Positions 53,974 to 64,000 of a stretch of DNA of 64,000 bases are shown in pieces. Position 1 is the stretch's first letter; every line of letters starts with the position of its first letter. The stretch is from contig CAWCLO010000010.1 in assembly GCA_963796455.1 (NCBI GenBank), forward strand, positions 576,001 to 640,000, given 5' to 3'. Both the position numbers and the translations under genes were made by a program. The stretch is from Candidatus Sulfomarinibacteraceae bacterium (GTDB taxonomy: Bacteria; Acidobacteriota; Thermoanaerobaculia; Thermoanaerobaculales; Sulfomarinibacteraceae). The notes under the pieces are model-generated. The model did not search any database, was not told the origin of the DNA, and saw nothing but the letters and a program-made list of their open reading frames with translations.

Positions 53974-54554
53974 GTTTCATTAATTACGCCGCTCGTGAGA
54001 TCAACGTCAAGATCGTATTCTACGGTCCCGGTCTGTGCGGAAAGACGACGAATCTGCAGTACATCTTCGAAAAGTCGTCGCCGCAGCAGAAGGGCAAACT
54101 CATTTCCCTCGCCACCGAGACGGATCGTACGCTTTTCTTTGATTTTCTGCCCCTCGACCTCGGCGCCGTGCGCGGCTTCAAAACCCGATTCCATCTCTAT
54201 ACGGTTCCCGGACAGGTTTTTTACGATGCCAGCCGCAAGCTCATCCTGAAGGGTGTCGACGGAGTGGTCTTCGTCGCCGACTCTCAGGAGGCGAGGATGG
54301 ATGCCAACGAGGAGTCCTTGCGAAATCTCGAGGACAATCTTCGTGAGAATGGCTTTGAGCTCAAGAACGTCCCCTATGTGCTCCAGTTCAACAAACGGGA
54401 TCTGCCGAGCGCCATGTTGGTTGACGATATGTACCGGATCCTGAACTACAAGGGCGAGCCCACCTTCGAGGCCGTTGCGGTCAAAGGCATCGGTGTTTTT
54501 GAAACGCTCAAGGCGGTCGCTAAACAGGTTCTCTACGAGCTCCGCAGTCGCTGA
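53970..54554 (+). CDS. mglA: Small Ras-like GTPase MglA
   Basis: [38 protein letters not shown]. Confidence 0.97.
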   Translation: MSFINYAAREINVKIVFYGPGLCGKTTNLQYIFEKSSPQQKGKLISLATETDRTLFFDFLPLDLGAVRGFKTRFHLYTVPGQVFYDASRKLILKGVDGVVFVADSQEARMDANEESLRNLEDNLRENGFELKNVPYVLQFNKRDLPSAMLVDDMYRILNYKGEPTFEAVAVKGIGVFETLKAVAKQVLYELRSR

Positions 54555-54674
54555 GAGCCCGACCAGCTCCGCGCGCCCCCTGTTACTCCACCCATAGAGT
54601 CGTTCACGCTTCGATATCGGGAGCGTCGTGATAGGCTGCGACCGCGCCCGCTCGTGTTGAAATCAGGAGGCACC

Positions 54675-56693
54675 GTGAGCACGGAATTCAACCGCACTGA
54701 TCAGCAAGCAGTCACCACGATCCGCACCCTTTCAATCGACGCGATTCAGCGAGCGAACTCGGGCCATCCCGGTGCGCCGATGGGTTTGGCGCCGGTGGCG
54801 TGGGTGCTCTTCAGCCGCTATTTGAAGCACGATCCGGCGGACCCCCAGTGGCCAGACCGGGATCGTTTCGTGCTCTCCTGCGGCCACGCTTCGATGTTGC
54901 TGTATTCGGTCCTGCATCTAACCGGTTACGAGCTCCTGCTTGACGAGATCAAGGAATTTCGGCAGTGGGGCTCGAGAACACCGGGGCACCCGGAGGTTGG
55001 AGTGGTGCCGGGCGTCGAGATGACCACCGGTCCGCTTGGCCAGGGCTGCGCGACATCGGTGGGCATGGCCTTGACCGAGGCCCACCTGGCCGCCACCTTC
55101 AACACCGCCGGCCATGATGTGATCGATCACCGGACGTGGGTGTTGTGCTCGGACGGCGATTTGATGGAGGGAGTGAGCGCGGAGGCCGCATCGCTGGCCG
55201 GCCACCTCGAGCTCACGAAACTGATCTGGGTCTGGGACGACAACGGCATCACCATCGAGGGCGGCACCGACCTCGCGTTTTCGGAAGACGTGTGCGCGAG
55301 ATTTCGCGCCTATGGTTGGCGGGTGGTGGAGATCGATGACGCCAACGATCTCGATGCGATCTCCACCGGGCTCGAAACGGCAACCGCGAGCGCTGGGCGA
55401 CCGACCCTGGTGCGTGTCCGCTCGCACATCGGTTGGGGTTCACCCAACAAACAGGACTCCTCTTCGGCCCACGGATCGCCCCTGGGTGAGGACGAGGTGC
55501 GGGCCACCAAAGAGGCCTATGGGTGGTCTCCTGAGAGCTCGTTCGAGGTCCCGTCCGATGTTGCAGACGAAGGGCTGCGGGTCGCGGCCCGCGGAGCCGA
55601 AAAACACCAGGTGTGGAGGGAAAAATTCGCAGCCTGGGCGAAAGCTCACCCGGCTCTTGAGGAGGCGTGGCAGCGCCGGTTGGAAGGCCGTTTGCCCGAG
55701 GGTTGGGCTTCGAGCCTGCCGTCGTTCGACGCCGCCGACAAAATTGCCACGAGGGCTGCATCGGGCAAAGTTCTCAACGCCATCGCACCATTCCTGCCGG
55801 AATTGATCGGTGGATCCGCGGATCTTGCTCCATCGACCAAGACCCTGATCGATGGCGGAGGCGATGTGGCCGCCGGTGATTTCGGTCATCGCAATCTCCG
55901 CTTTGGCATTCGCGAACACGCAATGGGGGCCATCCTCAACGGGATGGCTCTCCACGGCGGAGTGAAGCCCTTTGGCGCAACCTTCCTGGTCTTTGCGGAC
56001 TACATGCGACCAGCCATTCGTCTCGCGGCGCTCATGGAGCAGCCGGTGATCTATGTCTTCACCCACGACTCGATCTGGGTCGGTGAAGACGGCCCGACCC
56101 ACCAGCCGATCGAACACGCCCTGGCGCTTCGTGCGATTCCTGATCTGGTGGTGCTGCGGCCGGCGGATGCCAACGAAACGGCAGCTGCGTGGCGGGTGGC
56201 GGTGGAGCGCGGCAACGGACCCACCGCACTGCTCCTCAGCCGGCAGGGTCTGCCGGTGCTCGCGGCCGCGGCCGAAAGGGGAGCGGAGGGAGTTTCCCGC
56301 GGCGCCTATGTGCTCGAAGATGGTGGCGATTCGGATCCCGATGTGGTGTTGATCGCAACCGGTGGTGAGGTTTCGCTGGCGGTGGCCGGCCGGGCCGAAC
56401 TTGCAGGTCGGGGGATTTCTGCCCGCGTCGTTTCGATGCCGTCTTGGGAGCTCTTCCGCGGACAGTCACCAGACTATCGCCATTCGGTCCTGCCGCCGTC
56501 GGTGCCGCGTCTCGCGATCGAGGCCGGCGTCACCCTCGGATGGCGCGAGTTTGTCGGCGATTCGGGTGCGGTGATCGGTATCGATCGTTATGGCGCATCG
56601 GCACCCGGAAAGGTCGTCGCCGAGAATCTCGGTTTGCGGGTCGATGTGATCGTCGAAAAGGCGATGGAACTGGTTGCGAAGGTAAATAAATAG
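54675..56693 (+). CDS. tkt: Transketolase
   Basis: [51 protein letters not shown]. Confidence 0.98.
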   Translation: MSTEFNRTDQQAVTTIRTLSIDAIQRANSGHPGAPMGLAPVAWVLFSRYLKHDPADPQWPDRDRFVLSCGHASMLLYSVLHLTGYELLLDEIKEFRQWGSRTPGHPEVGVVPGVEMTTGPLGQGCATSVGMALTEAHLAATFNTAGHDVIDHRTWVLCSDGDLMEGVSAEAASLAGHLELTKLIWVWDDNGITIEGGTDLAFSEDVCARFRAYGWRVVEIDDANDLDAISTGLETATASAGRPTLVRVRSHIGWGSPNKQDSSSAHGSPLGEDEVRATKEAYGWSPESSFEVPSDVADEGLRVAARGAEKHQVWREKFAAWAKAHPALEEAWQRRLEGRLPEGWASSLPSFDAADKIATRAASGKVLNAIAPFLPELIGGSADLAPSTKTLIDGGGDVAAGDFGHRNLRFGIREHAMGAILNGMALHGGVKPFGATFLVFADYMRPAIRLAALMEQPVIYVFTHDSIWVGEDGPTHQPIEHALALRAIPDLVVLRPADANETAAAWRVAVERGNGPTALLLSRQGLPVLAAAAERGAEGVSRGAYVLEDGGDSDPDVVLIATGGEVSLAVAGRAELAGRGISARVVSMPSWELFRGQSPDYRHSVLPPSVPRLAIEAGVTLGWREFVGDSGAVIGIDRYGASAPGKVVAENLGLRVDVIVEKAMELVAKVNK

Positions 56694-56812
56694 ACGGAGA
56701 AGAGTTCAGGGTGAAGGACATTCCGCACCGGAACACCGTTGAACCGGTCATTGACTTCACTCCTGACCCTTGAGCGGAAGCTGAGAATTGACTCGATGAA
56801 ACTGGAGGCCCG

Positions 56813-57916
56813 ATGAATCCTTTGCAACAACTCTGGGATGAACAACGCCAGGCGGTGTGGCTCGACTTCATCGAGCGCGATCTCTTGACCGAGGGCGGTC
56901 TCGCGGCGCTGGTGGCCGACGACGGGGTGCGGGGCGTGACCTCGAACCCATCGATTTTTCAGAAGGCGATCGAGGGTGGCGGAGCCTACGATCAGGCGGT
57001 GGCAGACCTCTTGAGCTCGCGTCCCGAGACCACGACCCAGGAGCTCTATGAATCGCTCGTGATCGAAGACATACGGCACGCCGCGGATATCCTGCACACG
57101 GTGTGGGCATCCAGTGATGGTGAGGACGGATATGTCAGTCTCGAGGTCTCTCCCCACCTCGCGCACGACACGGAAGGCACCGTGGCCGAGGCCCGTCGTC
57201 TCTGGGCCGCGGTGGACCGGGTCAATTTGATGATCAAAGTGCCCGCCACCAACGAGGGAATCCCGGCGATCGAGAGCCTGATTGCGGATGGCATCAACGT
57301 CAATGCGACCCTCATGTTTTCGCTCGCAGATTACGAAGCTGTGGCCACCGCCTATCTGCGGGGTCTCGCGGACTGTGCTGATCCGTCGCGGGTGGCGTCA
57401 GTGGCTTCGTTCTTTGTCAGCCGGGTCGACACCAAAATCGACGCCGCGCTTGAAGCGATCGGCAATCAGGAAGCGCGGGCGCTTTTGGGGCGGGCGGCGA
57501 TCGCCAACGCCAAGCTGGCCTATCGGCGTTTCGAGGAGCTTTTCCGCGGCGAGGCCTTTGCCGAACACGCAGCGAGGAGGGCGCGGGTGCAGCGGCCCTT
57601 GTGGGCAAGCACCAGCACCAAAAACCCCGAATACCGCGATGTGATCTATGTCGAAGAATTGATCGGTTCGGACACCGTCAACACTCTTCCAGTGGCGACT
57701 CTGGAAGCATTTCGCGATCATGGGGAACCGCGAACTTCCCTGAGTGAAGATCTCGCGGGCGCCGAAGCGGTCTTTGCCGGGCTCGCCGAGCTCGGAATCG
57801 ACATCGACGCGGTGACTGCGGAGCTTCAACGGGAGGGGGTCGCGGCATTTGCGGCCTCATTCGACCAGCTCCTTGCAGCGCTCGACGCGGCCCGCCTGGA
57901 AAAGACCGCCGGTTAG
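56813..57916 (+). CDS. tal: Transaldolase (large type)
   Basis: VWLD, GVTSNPSIF, IKVPAT, ASFFVSRVD, LWASTSTKNP. Confidence 0.97.
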   Translation: MNPLQQLWDEQRQAVWLDFIERDLLTEGGLAALVADDGVRGVTSNPSIFQKAIEGGGAYDQAVADLLSSRPETTTQELYESLVIEDIRHAADILHTVWASSDGEDGYVSLEVSPHLAHDTEGTVAEARRLWAAVDRVNLMIKVPATNEGIPAIESLIADGINVNATLMFSLADYEAVATAYLRGLADCADPSRVASVASFFVSRVDTKIDAALEAIGNQEARALLGRAAIANAKLAYRRFEELFRGEAFAEHAARRARVQRPLWASTSTKNPEYRDVIYVEELIGSDTVNTLPVATLEAFRDHGEPRTSLSEDLAGAEAVFAGLAELGIDIDAVTAELQREGVAAFAASFDQLLAALDAARLEKTAG

Positions 57917-58022
57917 CCCGAAGAAGCCCGATTGACTACTCTCCGGATCCGTCTCCGAGGCGGTCTCTGATGAGTTTCAATACAATGGGTGGAGTTGTTT
58001 TTGATCGAGCGGGAGGTAGTTG

Positions 58023-59849
58023 ATGTGCGGCATCATCGGATACGTGGGTGCGGACGAGGTGGTGCCGGTGATTCTCGATGGTCTCAGGCGACTCGAATAT
58101 CGAGGTTATGACTCGGCCGGTATGGCGGTGATGGGTGCCGACGGCATCGGAGTCCTGCGCGCGGCCGGCAAGCTCCGCAACCTCGAACAACGTGCCTATC
58201 ACGAGCCGCTCCACGGCACCGTTGGCATCGGTCACACGCGTTGGGCGACCCACGGCGCACCGACCGAGGCCAACGCCCACCCCCAGACGGACACCGATGG
58301 GCATGTGGCGGTGGTCCACAACGGCATCCTCGAGAACTACGCCAGTCTTCGGGACGAGCTGCAGGATGCCGGCGTCGAGCTCCAGTCGGACACCGACACC
58401 GAGTTGATCGCCCAACTGCTCGGGCGGCAAGAAGGAAGCTTGCACGAGCGGGTTTTTAAAATCCTGCCGCGACTGATCGGCCAATACGCGGTGGTCGCGG
58501 TCTCACGATCCGAACCCGGAACGGTGGTGGCCTTTCGAAACGGTCCTCCGCTGGTGCTCGGTCTCGGCGATTCGGAGAACATCGTGGCCTCGGATGTCAC
58601 GGCCCTTCTTCACCGGACCCGCCGCGTGGTGTTTTTGGAAAACGGCGATGTGGCGGAAGTGCGGCTCGATGGAGTGCGGGTGCTCGACGGGACCGGCGCC
58701 ACCGTTGAACGAAAGGTCGAAACTCTCGACTGGGACGCGGCCCGGGTCGAAAAAGGCGGTTTCCGGCATTTCATGCTCAAGGAGATCTACGAGCAACCGG
58801 ATGCCATCCGGAACACGGTTCTGGCCTATCTCGACAAGGATCGACGGGGCGTCAACCTCCATGATCTGGGATTCACGGCGGATCAGTTGGCACGACTGGA
58901 GCGGGTTCACCTGGTGGCCTGCGGCACATCCTGGCACGCCGCCCTGGTTGGCAAGTTCGTGATCGAAAAACTGACCGGGTTGCCGACCGAGGTCGACTAT
59001 GCCTCCGAATACCGTTATCGATCGCCGCTGATCGACGACGGGGTGCTGGTGGTGGGAATTTCTCAGAGCGGAGAAACGGCGGACACCCTGGCCGCGATGG
59101 AGCTCGCCGAGGCATCGGGAGCACTGCTGGCAACGGTGTGCAACAGCCGCGGCTCGTCGTCGTGGCGGTTGGCCACATCGCGCATGTTGACCCAGGCGGG
59201 GCCCGAGATCGGGGTCGCCTCGACCAAGGCTTTTACCACGCAGCTCGTCGCGCTGGTCTTGATGGCCCTGGCGCTTCGCTCGGCCCGAGGCCTTGCCGAC
59301 GCGAGCGATGCTGCGATCGTGGCTGAGCTCCAGCACCTGCCCCTGGCGGTCGAGCGGGCCCTTTCCATCGATGACGACCTCTACCGGCGGGCAACGGAGA
59401 TGTTGGCCGACGCGACGGACTCGCTGTATCTGGGACGCGGCATCCTGTACCCGATCGCGCTCGAGGGTGCGCTCAAACTCAAGGAGATTTCTTATCTCCA
59501 CGCCGAGGGCTATCCGGCGGGAGAGATGAAACACGGGCCGATCGCCCTTCTCCAGGAAGACTTCCCGGTGGTTGCCGTCATCCCCGAAGGAACATCGCGA
59601 GAGAAGTTGGTCGGAAATCTGATGGAGGTCCGGGCTCGCGGTGCCTCCGTCATCGCGATTGCCGGGGAAGAGGCCGAGGGGCTCGATCATGTTGTCGATC
59701 TCGTCCTGCCGGTGCCGCGGGTTCATCCGTTGCTGCAGCCGGTTGTGGCGGTCGTGCCGTTGCAACTCCTGGCCTATCACGTGGCGGTGGAGCTCGGCAA
59801 CGATGTGGACCAACCAAGGAATCTCGCCAAGAGCGTCACCGTCGAATGA
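58023..59849 (+). CDS. glmS: Glutamine--fructose-6-phosphate aminotransferase
   Basis: MCGIIG, LEYRGYDSAG, GHTRWATHG, SQSGETADT, PRNLAKSVTVE. Confidence 0.99.
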   Translation: MCGIIGYVGADEVVPVILDGLRRLEYRGYDSAGMAVMGADGIGVLRAAGKLRNLEQRAYHEPLHGTVGIGHTRWATHGAPTEANAHPQTDTDGHVAVVHNGILENYASLRDELQDAGVELQSDTDTELIAQLLGRQEGSLHERVFKILPRLIGQYAVVAVSRSEPGTVVAFRNGPPLVLGLGDSENIVASDVTALLHRTRRVVFLENGDVAEVRLDGVRVLDGTGATVERKVETLDWDAARVEKGGFRHFMLKEIYEQPDAIRNTVLAYLDKDRRGVNLHDLGFTADQLARLERVHLVACGTSWHAALVGKFVIEKLTGLPTEVDYASEYRYRSPLIDDGVLVVGISQSGETADTLAAMELAEASGALLATVCNSRGSSSWRLATSRMLTQAGPEIGVASTKAFTTQLVALVLMALALRSARGLADASDAAIVAELQHLPLAVERALSIDDDLYRRATEMLADATDSLYLGRGILYPIALEGALKLKEISYLHAEGYPAGEMKHGPIALLQEDFPVVAVIPEGTSREKLVGNLMEVRARGASVIAIAGEEAEGLDHVVDLVLPVPRVHPLLQPVVAVVPLQLLAYHVAVELGNDVDQPRNLAKSVTVE

Positions 59850-59868
59850 CCCGTGCGCGCCACGTGAC

Positions 59869-59981
59869 GAGTTCTGAGTTCTGGGCTCGGAATTCTGAAT
59901 TCCGCACACCATCCCGGAACTCGGGGTTGCCCTCTGGGAGCGGATAGAAATTCCGAACTCCGATCTCCGAACTCGAAATTC
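59869..59981. repeat. Inverted pair of degenerate heptamer arrays (5 + 5 units)
   Basis: GAGTTCT GAGTTCT GGGCTCG GAATTCT GAATTCC (59869-59903) ... GAAATTC CGAACTC CGATCTC CGAACTC GAAATTC (59947-59981). Confidence 0.8.
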
Positions 59982-60042
59982 AAAAGTTGAGTCTCGCGCA
60001 ACGCACTGCTACCTTCTTCCTTCGCCCGGAGGAGATCTCTCT

Positions 60043-62247
60043 TTGAATGAACTCTTGAAGGACCTCAATCCTCAGCAACGCGAAGCGGTAACCCACGGGA
60101 GCGGACCGCTGCTGGTGCTTGCCGGCGCCGGCTCGGGCAAAACCCGGGTTCTCACATATCGCATCGCCCACCTGTTGGCGACCGGTGAGGCCGACCCTTC
60201 CGGCATCACAGCGGTCACCTTCACCAACAAGGCTGCCCGCGAGATGCGGGACCGCGTGCAGCAACTCTGCGGTCGACCCGTGGCGGGAGGCTTTGTCGGC
60301 ACCTTCCACCGGTGGGCGCTCGAGGTGCTCCGAAGGTATCCGGCGGCGGCTGGTCTACCTCCTCGGTTCGCCATCATTGACAGTGACGACCAGCGGGTAA
60401 TGGTCAACCGGGTGCTCAAAGAACTCGGTCTGGATCCCAAGGAGCTGCCGCCGCGAGCGGTGCTGTCGCGGATCTCCTCGCTGGTCAATCGCGGCACCGA
60501 TCTGAAAAGCTTCAGCGCCCGAGCGGCGGGGTCTTCCGACGACACGCTGGTGGGTGTCTGGGAGCGCTATGAACAAGCCAAGAAGGCCGCCCGCGTGGTC
60601 GATTTCGACGACATGCTGGTTCGGGCTCTGCGCGCGTTGCGGGCCGAAGCCTCGATCCGGCGGGCGGTTTCCGCTCGGGCCCGATACCTGTTGGTGGATG
60701 AGTTTCAAGATACCAACATCCTGCAGATGGATCTCCTCACCGAAGTCTTGGACGACGAGGGCAACATCACCGCGGTCGGCGACGAAGATCAGTCGATCTA
60801 TGGTTGGCGCGGCGCTGAGCTCGACAATATTCTTCGTTTCGAGGACTCCTTTCCGGGCGCCAGTGTGGTCAAGCTCGAGGAAAACTACCGCTCGACGGCA
60901 CCGATTCTCGGTGTGGCGGGGGGGTTGATCGCGGCCAACGCGGGCCGGCGCGGCAAAAAGCTCTTCACCAGTCGTACGGGCGGAGAACCGGTGCGTCTTT
61001 ATATCTCGGAGGACGAACGCAGCGAGGCGAGATGGGTCGCCGACCACATCGAGTCAATGTCCGGTGCGAGGGCGTTGAACGAGATGGCGGTCTTGATGCG
61101 GACGAACGCCCAGACCCGCCCCTTCGAGGAGGAGTTCACCCGCCGTAGGATCACCTATCGGGTGGTCGGGGGACTGCGTTTCTGGCAGCGGGCTGAGATC
61201 AAAGACGCGCTTGCCTATCTTCGGCTCGCCCAGCATTCGGACAATCTGCTTTCCTTCGAGAGAGTGATCAACGTGCCCACCCGCGGGATCGGTGCTGCGA
61301 CGCTCGACATTCTGCGGCGCTCGGCCGCGGATCTCGCGCTGACCCTGCCGGAGGCTGCGCGGCGTCTGCCGGAGGGCCTCAGCCCGCGCGCACGGATTTC
61401 CATCGAAAAGTTTTTCAAGCTCCTCGACGAAGCGGGTGCCCAGCGCGAGGACCTCAGCCCCGGCGACTACGCCGGTTGGTTGCTCGAAGCATCCGGACTC
61501 TTTGCGATGTACGAGGGCGACGCCGAGGACCGGGTTGCGCGGCGGGAAAATCTGCAACAGTTGGCGGCGGCGGTTGCGGAGGCCGCTCTACGGGGACAGA
61601 GCCTCGAAGATTTCCTCGATGCGGTGGCGTTGCTCGAAGAAGCGGAGGACGATGGAGCGACCGACGGAGTTGCCCTCATGACCCTGCACTCGGCCAAGGG
61701 TCTCGAGTTCGATGTGGTGTTCCTGGTTGGTCTCGAAGATGGTCTCCTGCCCCACGCCAATGTCCGCGACGAAATCGAGGGTCTGGAAGAGGAGCGGCGC
61801 CTTGCCTATGTGGGCATGACCCGGGCGAGGAAATGGCTTGCGCTGACGGCGGCCCGTTCCCGCTTTCTTTTTGGTCAACGGCAGCCGACCCGGCGCTCGC
61901 GCTTTCTCGATGACTTGCCGCACGAGGGTCTCGACGACGTTTCGCAACCTGAACCTTCCTGGAGCACTGGTGGTTTGCAGGCGCCGGCTCGGCGCGGGCG
62001 GACCGGGGGTGCTCCGGCGCGCGGCGGCGCCCCTCAGCGAAGGTCGGGCTCCAGGATCGCGACCACCGTCACCGACGGTGCCGGTACAGGATGGCGGCCG
62101 GGTGATCGGGTCCGCCATCGAAAATTCGGATCCGGTGTGGTTCTCGCTTGTCAGGGAACCGGGGCACAGCTCAAGCTGGTGGTGTTCTTCGATCGTGCCG
62201 GCCGCAAAACGCTGGTGCCGACCATCGCCAAGCTCGAGAAAGTTTGA
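60043..62247 (+). CDS. pcrA: ATP-dependent DNA helicase PcrA/UvrD
   Basis: [60 protein letters not shown]-terminal Tudor-like [10 protein letters not shown]. Confidence 0.95.
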   Translation: MNELLKDLNPQQREAVTHGSGPLLVLAGAGSGKTRVLTYRIAHLLATGEADPSGITAVTFTNKAAREMRDRVQQLCGRPVAGGFVGTFHRWALEVLRRYPAAAGLPPRFAIIDSDDQRVMVNRVLKELGLDPKELPPRAVLSRISSLVNRGTDLKSFSARAAGSSDDTLVGVWERYEQAKKAARVVDFDDMLVRALRALRAEASIRRAVSARARYLLVDEFQDTNILQMDLLTEVLDDEGNITAVGDEDQSIYGWRGAELDNILRFEDSFPGASVVKLEENYRSTAPILGVAGGLIAANAGRRGKKLFTSRTGGEPVRLYISEDERSEARWVADHIESMSGARALNEMAVLMRTNAQTRPFEEEFTRRRITYRVVGGLRFWQRAEIKDALAYLRLAQHSDNLLSFERVINVPTRGIGAATLDILRRSAADLALTLPEAARRLPEGLSPRARISIEKFFKLLDEAGAQREDLSPGDYAGWLLEASGLFAMYEGDAEDRVARRENLQQLAAAVAEAALRGQSLEDFLDAVALLEEAEDDGATDGVALMTLHSAKGLEFDVVFLVGLEDGLLPHANVRDEIEGLEEERRLAYVGMTRARKWLALTAARSRFLFGQRQPTRRSRFLDDLPHEGLDDVSQPEPSWSTGGLQAPARRGRTGGAPARGGAPQRRSGSRIATTVTDGAGTGWRPGDRVRHRKFGSGVVLACQGTGAQLKLVVFFDRAGRKTLVPTIAKLEKV

Positions 62248-62333
62248 GCGGGAATCCGAGGGGAGTATTCTTCGTAATACCCTTGGGCGCGGAAACGGAG
62301 ATGGGCACCCTGTGCCAACTTTGTGGAGGCAGT

Positions 62334-62876
62334 ATGAAAAATGAGTGGCATCACACGACGGTGTTGGCGGTACGAAGAAACGGTGTGGTCGTGGTCGGGT
62401 CCGACGGCCAGGTGACCCTCGGGACAAATATCATCAAACAGGGCGCGGCCAAGGTGCGCCGACTCGGAAATGGCAAGGTTATTGCCGGATTTGCCGGATC
62501 GGTAGCGGATGCCCTGGCCCTCTTTACCCGCTTCGAAGCAAAGCTCGAGGAGTACGGCCACAATCTCGAGCGGGCCGCGGTGGAGCTTGCCCGCGACTGG
62601 CGCACGGACAAGGCGCTGCGGCACCTCGAAGCGCTGCTGATCACCGCGGACGCCAAGACCACCCTCCTCGTATCGGGGACCGGCGAGGTCTTGTCGCCCG
62701 ATGACGACGTGGTCGCGGTTGGATCGGGTGGCAGCTATGCCCTGGCGGCGGCGCGCGCGCTGATCCTTCACACCGAATTGCAGGCCCGCGAAATCGTGAC
62801 CGAGGCACTCAAGATCGCCGGGTCCATCGATATCTACACCAACGACCAGATCACCATCGAGGAGCTCACAAAGTGA
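62334..62876 (+). CDS. hslV: ATP-dependent protease subunit HslV
   Basis: [35 protein letters not shown]. Confidence 0.96.
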   Translation: MKNEWHHTTVLAVRRNGVVVVGSDGQVTLGTNIIKQGAAKVRRLGNGKVIAGFAGSVADALALFTRFEAKLEEYGHNLERAAVELARDWRTDKALRHLEALLITADAKTTLLVSGTGEVLSPDDDVVAVGSGGSYALAAARALILHTELQAREIVTEALKIAGSIDIYTNDQITIEELTK

Positions 62877-64000
62877 AGCTGGACAGCCTGACACCCAAAG
62901 AGACCGTCGCCGAACTCGACCGGTTCATCATCGGACAAGATGCTGCCAAACGGGCGGTGGCGGTGGCGCTGCGCAACCGTTGGCGCCGGCAACAACTCGA
63001 GCCCGAACTGCGTGAAGAGGTGGCACCGAAGAACATCATCATGATCGGGCCTACCGGCGTCGGCAAAACGGAGATCGCCCGCCGCCTGGCCCGTCTCACC
63101 GGTTCGCCCTTTCTGAAGATCGAGGCTTCGAAGTTCACCGAGGTCGGCTATGTCGGTCGTGATGTGGAGTCGATGATTCGCGATCTGGTGGATGCCGCGA
63201 TCCAGTTGGTGCGCAACGAGAGGGTGGCCGAGGTCACGGTTCGGGCCGAGCGCGCGGCAGAGGACCGGCTTCTCGATCTTCTCATCATGAGCACGGCCTC
63301 ACCAACCGAGATCTCTCTCGAAGAACGGCGGCGGGGCCTCAAACGCCCCCTTCGAGAAGGGATGTTGGAGGAAAACGAGGTCGAGTTGGAGGTTGACGAG
63401 GGGAAGATGCCGACTGTGGAGATGTTCACCCCACAGGGCATGGAATCCATGGGCATCAACTTCAAGGATCTCTTTGGCGGGATGATGGGCAAGAAGGCGC
63501 GAAAGAAGATGACCATCACCGAGGCCCGCCGGGTGCTCATCGCCGAAGAGGAAGAAAAACTCATCGATCGTTCTCAGGTCGAGACGGAAGCCATCGCGCG
63601 GGTCGAAAATTCCGGAATTGTCTTCCTCGACGAGATCGACAAGATTTGTTCGCGAGACGACGCCGCGTCACACGGTCCCGATGTTTCTCGAGAAGGGGTG
63701 CAGCGCGATCTGCTGCCGATCGTCGAGGGCACCCATGTCAACACCCGATATGGAGTCGTCCAGACCGACCACATTCTGTTCATCGCGGCCGGAGCCTTCC
63801 ACGTTTCGCGGCCGGCCGATCTGATTCCCGAGATGCAGGGACGGTTTCCGATCCGGGTCGAGCTGCAATCTCTCGGAGCGGATGAGTTCGAGAGGATTCT
63901 GATCGAGCCCGAAAACTCCCTGATCCGCCAGTACACCGCATTGCTCGCGACGGAGAACCTCGAGTTGAGATTCTCCAAGGATGCGGTGAGGACCGTCGCG
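62873..64000 (+). CDS. hslU: ATP-dependent protease ATPase HslU (runs off the window)
   Basis: Read manually from GTG 62873: [76 protein letters not shown]. Confidence 0.97.
   Translation, partial: MKLDSLTPKETVAELDRFIIGQDAAKRAVAVALRNRWRRQQLEPELREEVAPKNIIMIGPTGVGKTEIARRLARLTGSPFLKIEASKFTEVGYVGRDVESMIRDLVDAAIQLVRNERVAEVTVRAERAAEDRLLDLLIMSTASPTEISLEERRRGLKRPLREGMLEENEVELEVDEGKMPTVEMFTPQGMESMGINFKDLFGGMMGKKARKKMTITEARRVLIAEEEEKLIDRSQVETEAIARVENSGIVFLDEIDKICSRDDAASHGPDVSREGVQRDLLPIVEGTHVNTRYGVVQTDHILFIAAGAFHVSRPADLIPEMQGRFPIRVELQSLGADEFERILIEPENSLIRQYTALLATENLELRFSKDAVRTVA

Noticed and set aside
56694..56812. Riboswitch between tkt and tal (TCAGG-GTGAAG / CTTCAC-T-CCTGA stem)
   Set aside because: A stem is present, but TPP or glycine aptamer motifs are not in the required order; insufficient support.
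57917..58022. glmS ribozyme or hammerhead (CTGATGA at 57968)
   Set aside because: No AGCGCC/GACGAGG glmS core, and no GAAA after a stem II to complete a hammerhead.

Overview
This window is the replication-origin region of a GC-rich, diderm bacterium. Gene content and protein style suggest Acidobacteriota, possibly Thermoanaerobaculia; that assignment is inference only. It is mostly core genome: yidC-rnpA-rpmH | dnaA-oriC-dnaN-recF-gyrB-gyrA, pdxST, dprA-trmFO, xerC, smpB-uvrA, fabL, HU, ruvX-mltG, lptD, gltX-glnS, gap-pgk-tpiA-secG, dnaX-recR-mglBA, tkt-tal, glmS, pcrA, hslVU and four tRNAs. No CRISPR array, intact IS or prophage was seen. Main unexplained signals: (1) six intergenic short-period (6-8 nt) repeat loci, each with a different unit. 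Four have inverted degenerate arms, and one encloses a 19-codon mini-gene that looks like an internally deleted four-helix-bundle (IVP/Avd-like) gene, suggesting an uncharacterised repeat-armed element family. (2) An operon of PTS-EIIA, a PII-like protein and two unequal CPA2 antiporter subunits. (3) A 6S-like structured RNA candidate directly upstream of a pseudokinase-TonB fusion gene. (4) Repeated leaderless-type TANNNT-N6-start signals, including at dnaA and dnaX. (5) dprA split at a G7 tract. (6) An oriC whose trinucleotide repeats differ from canonical DnaA-trios.
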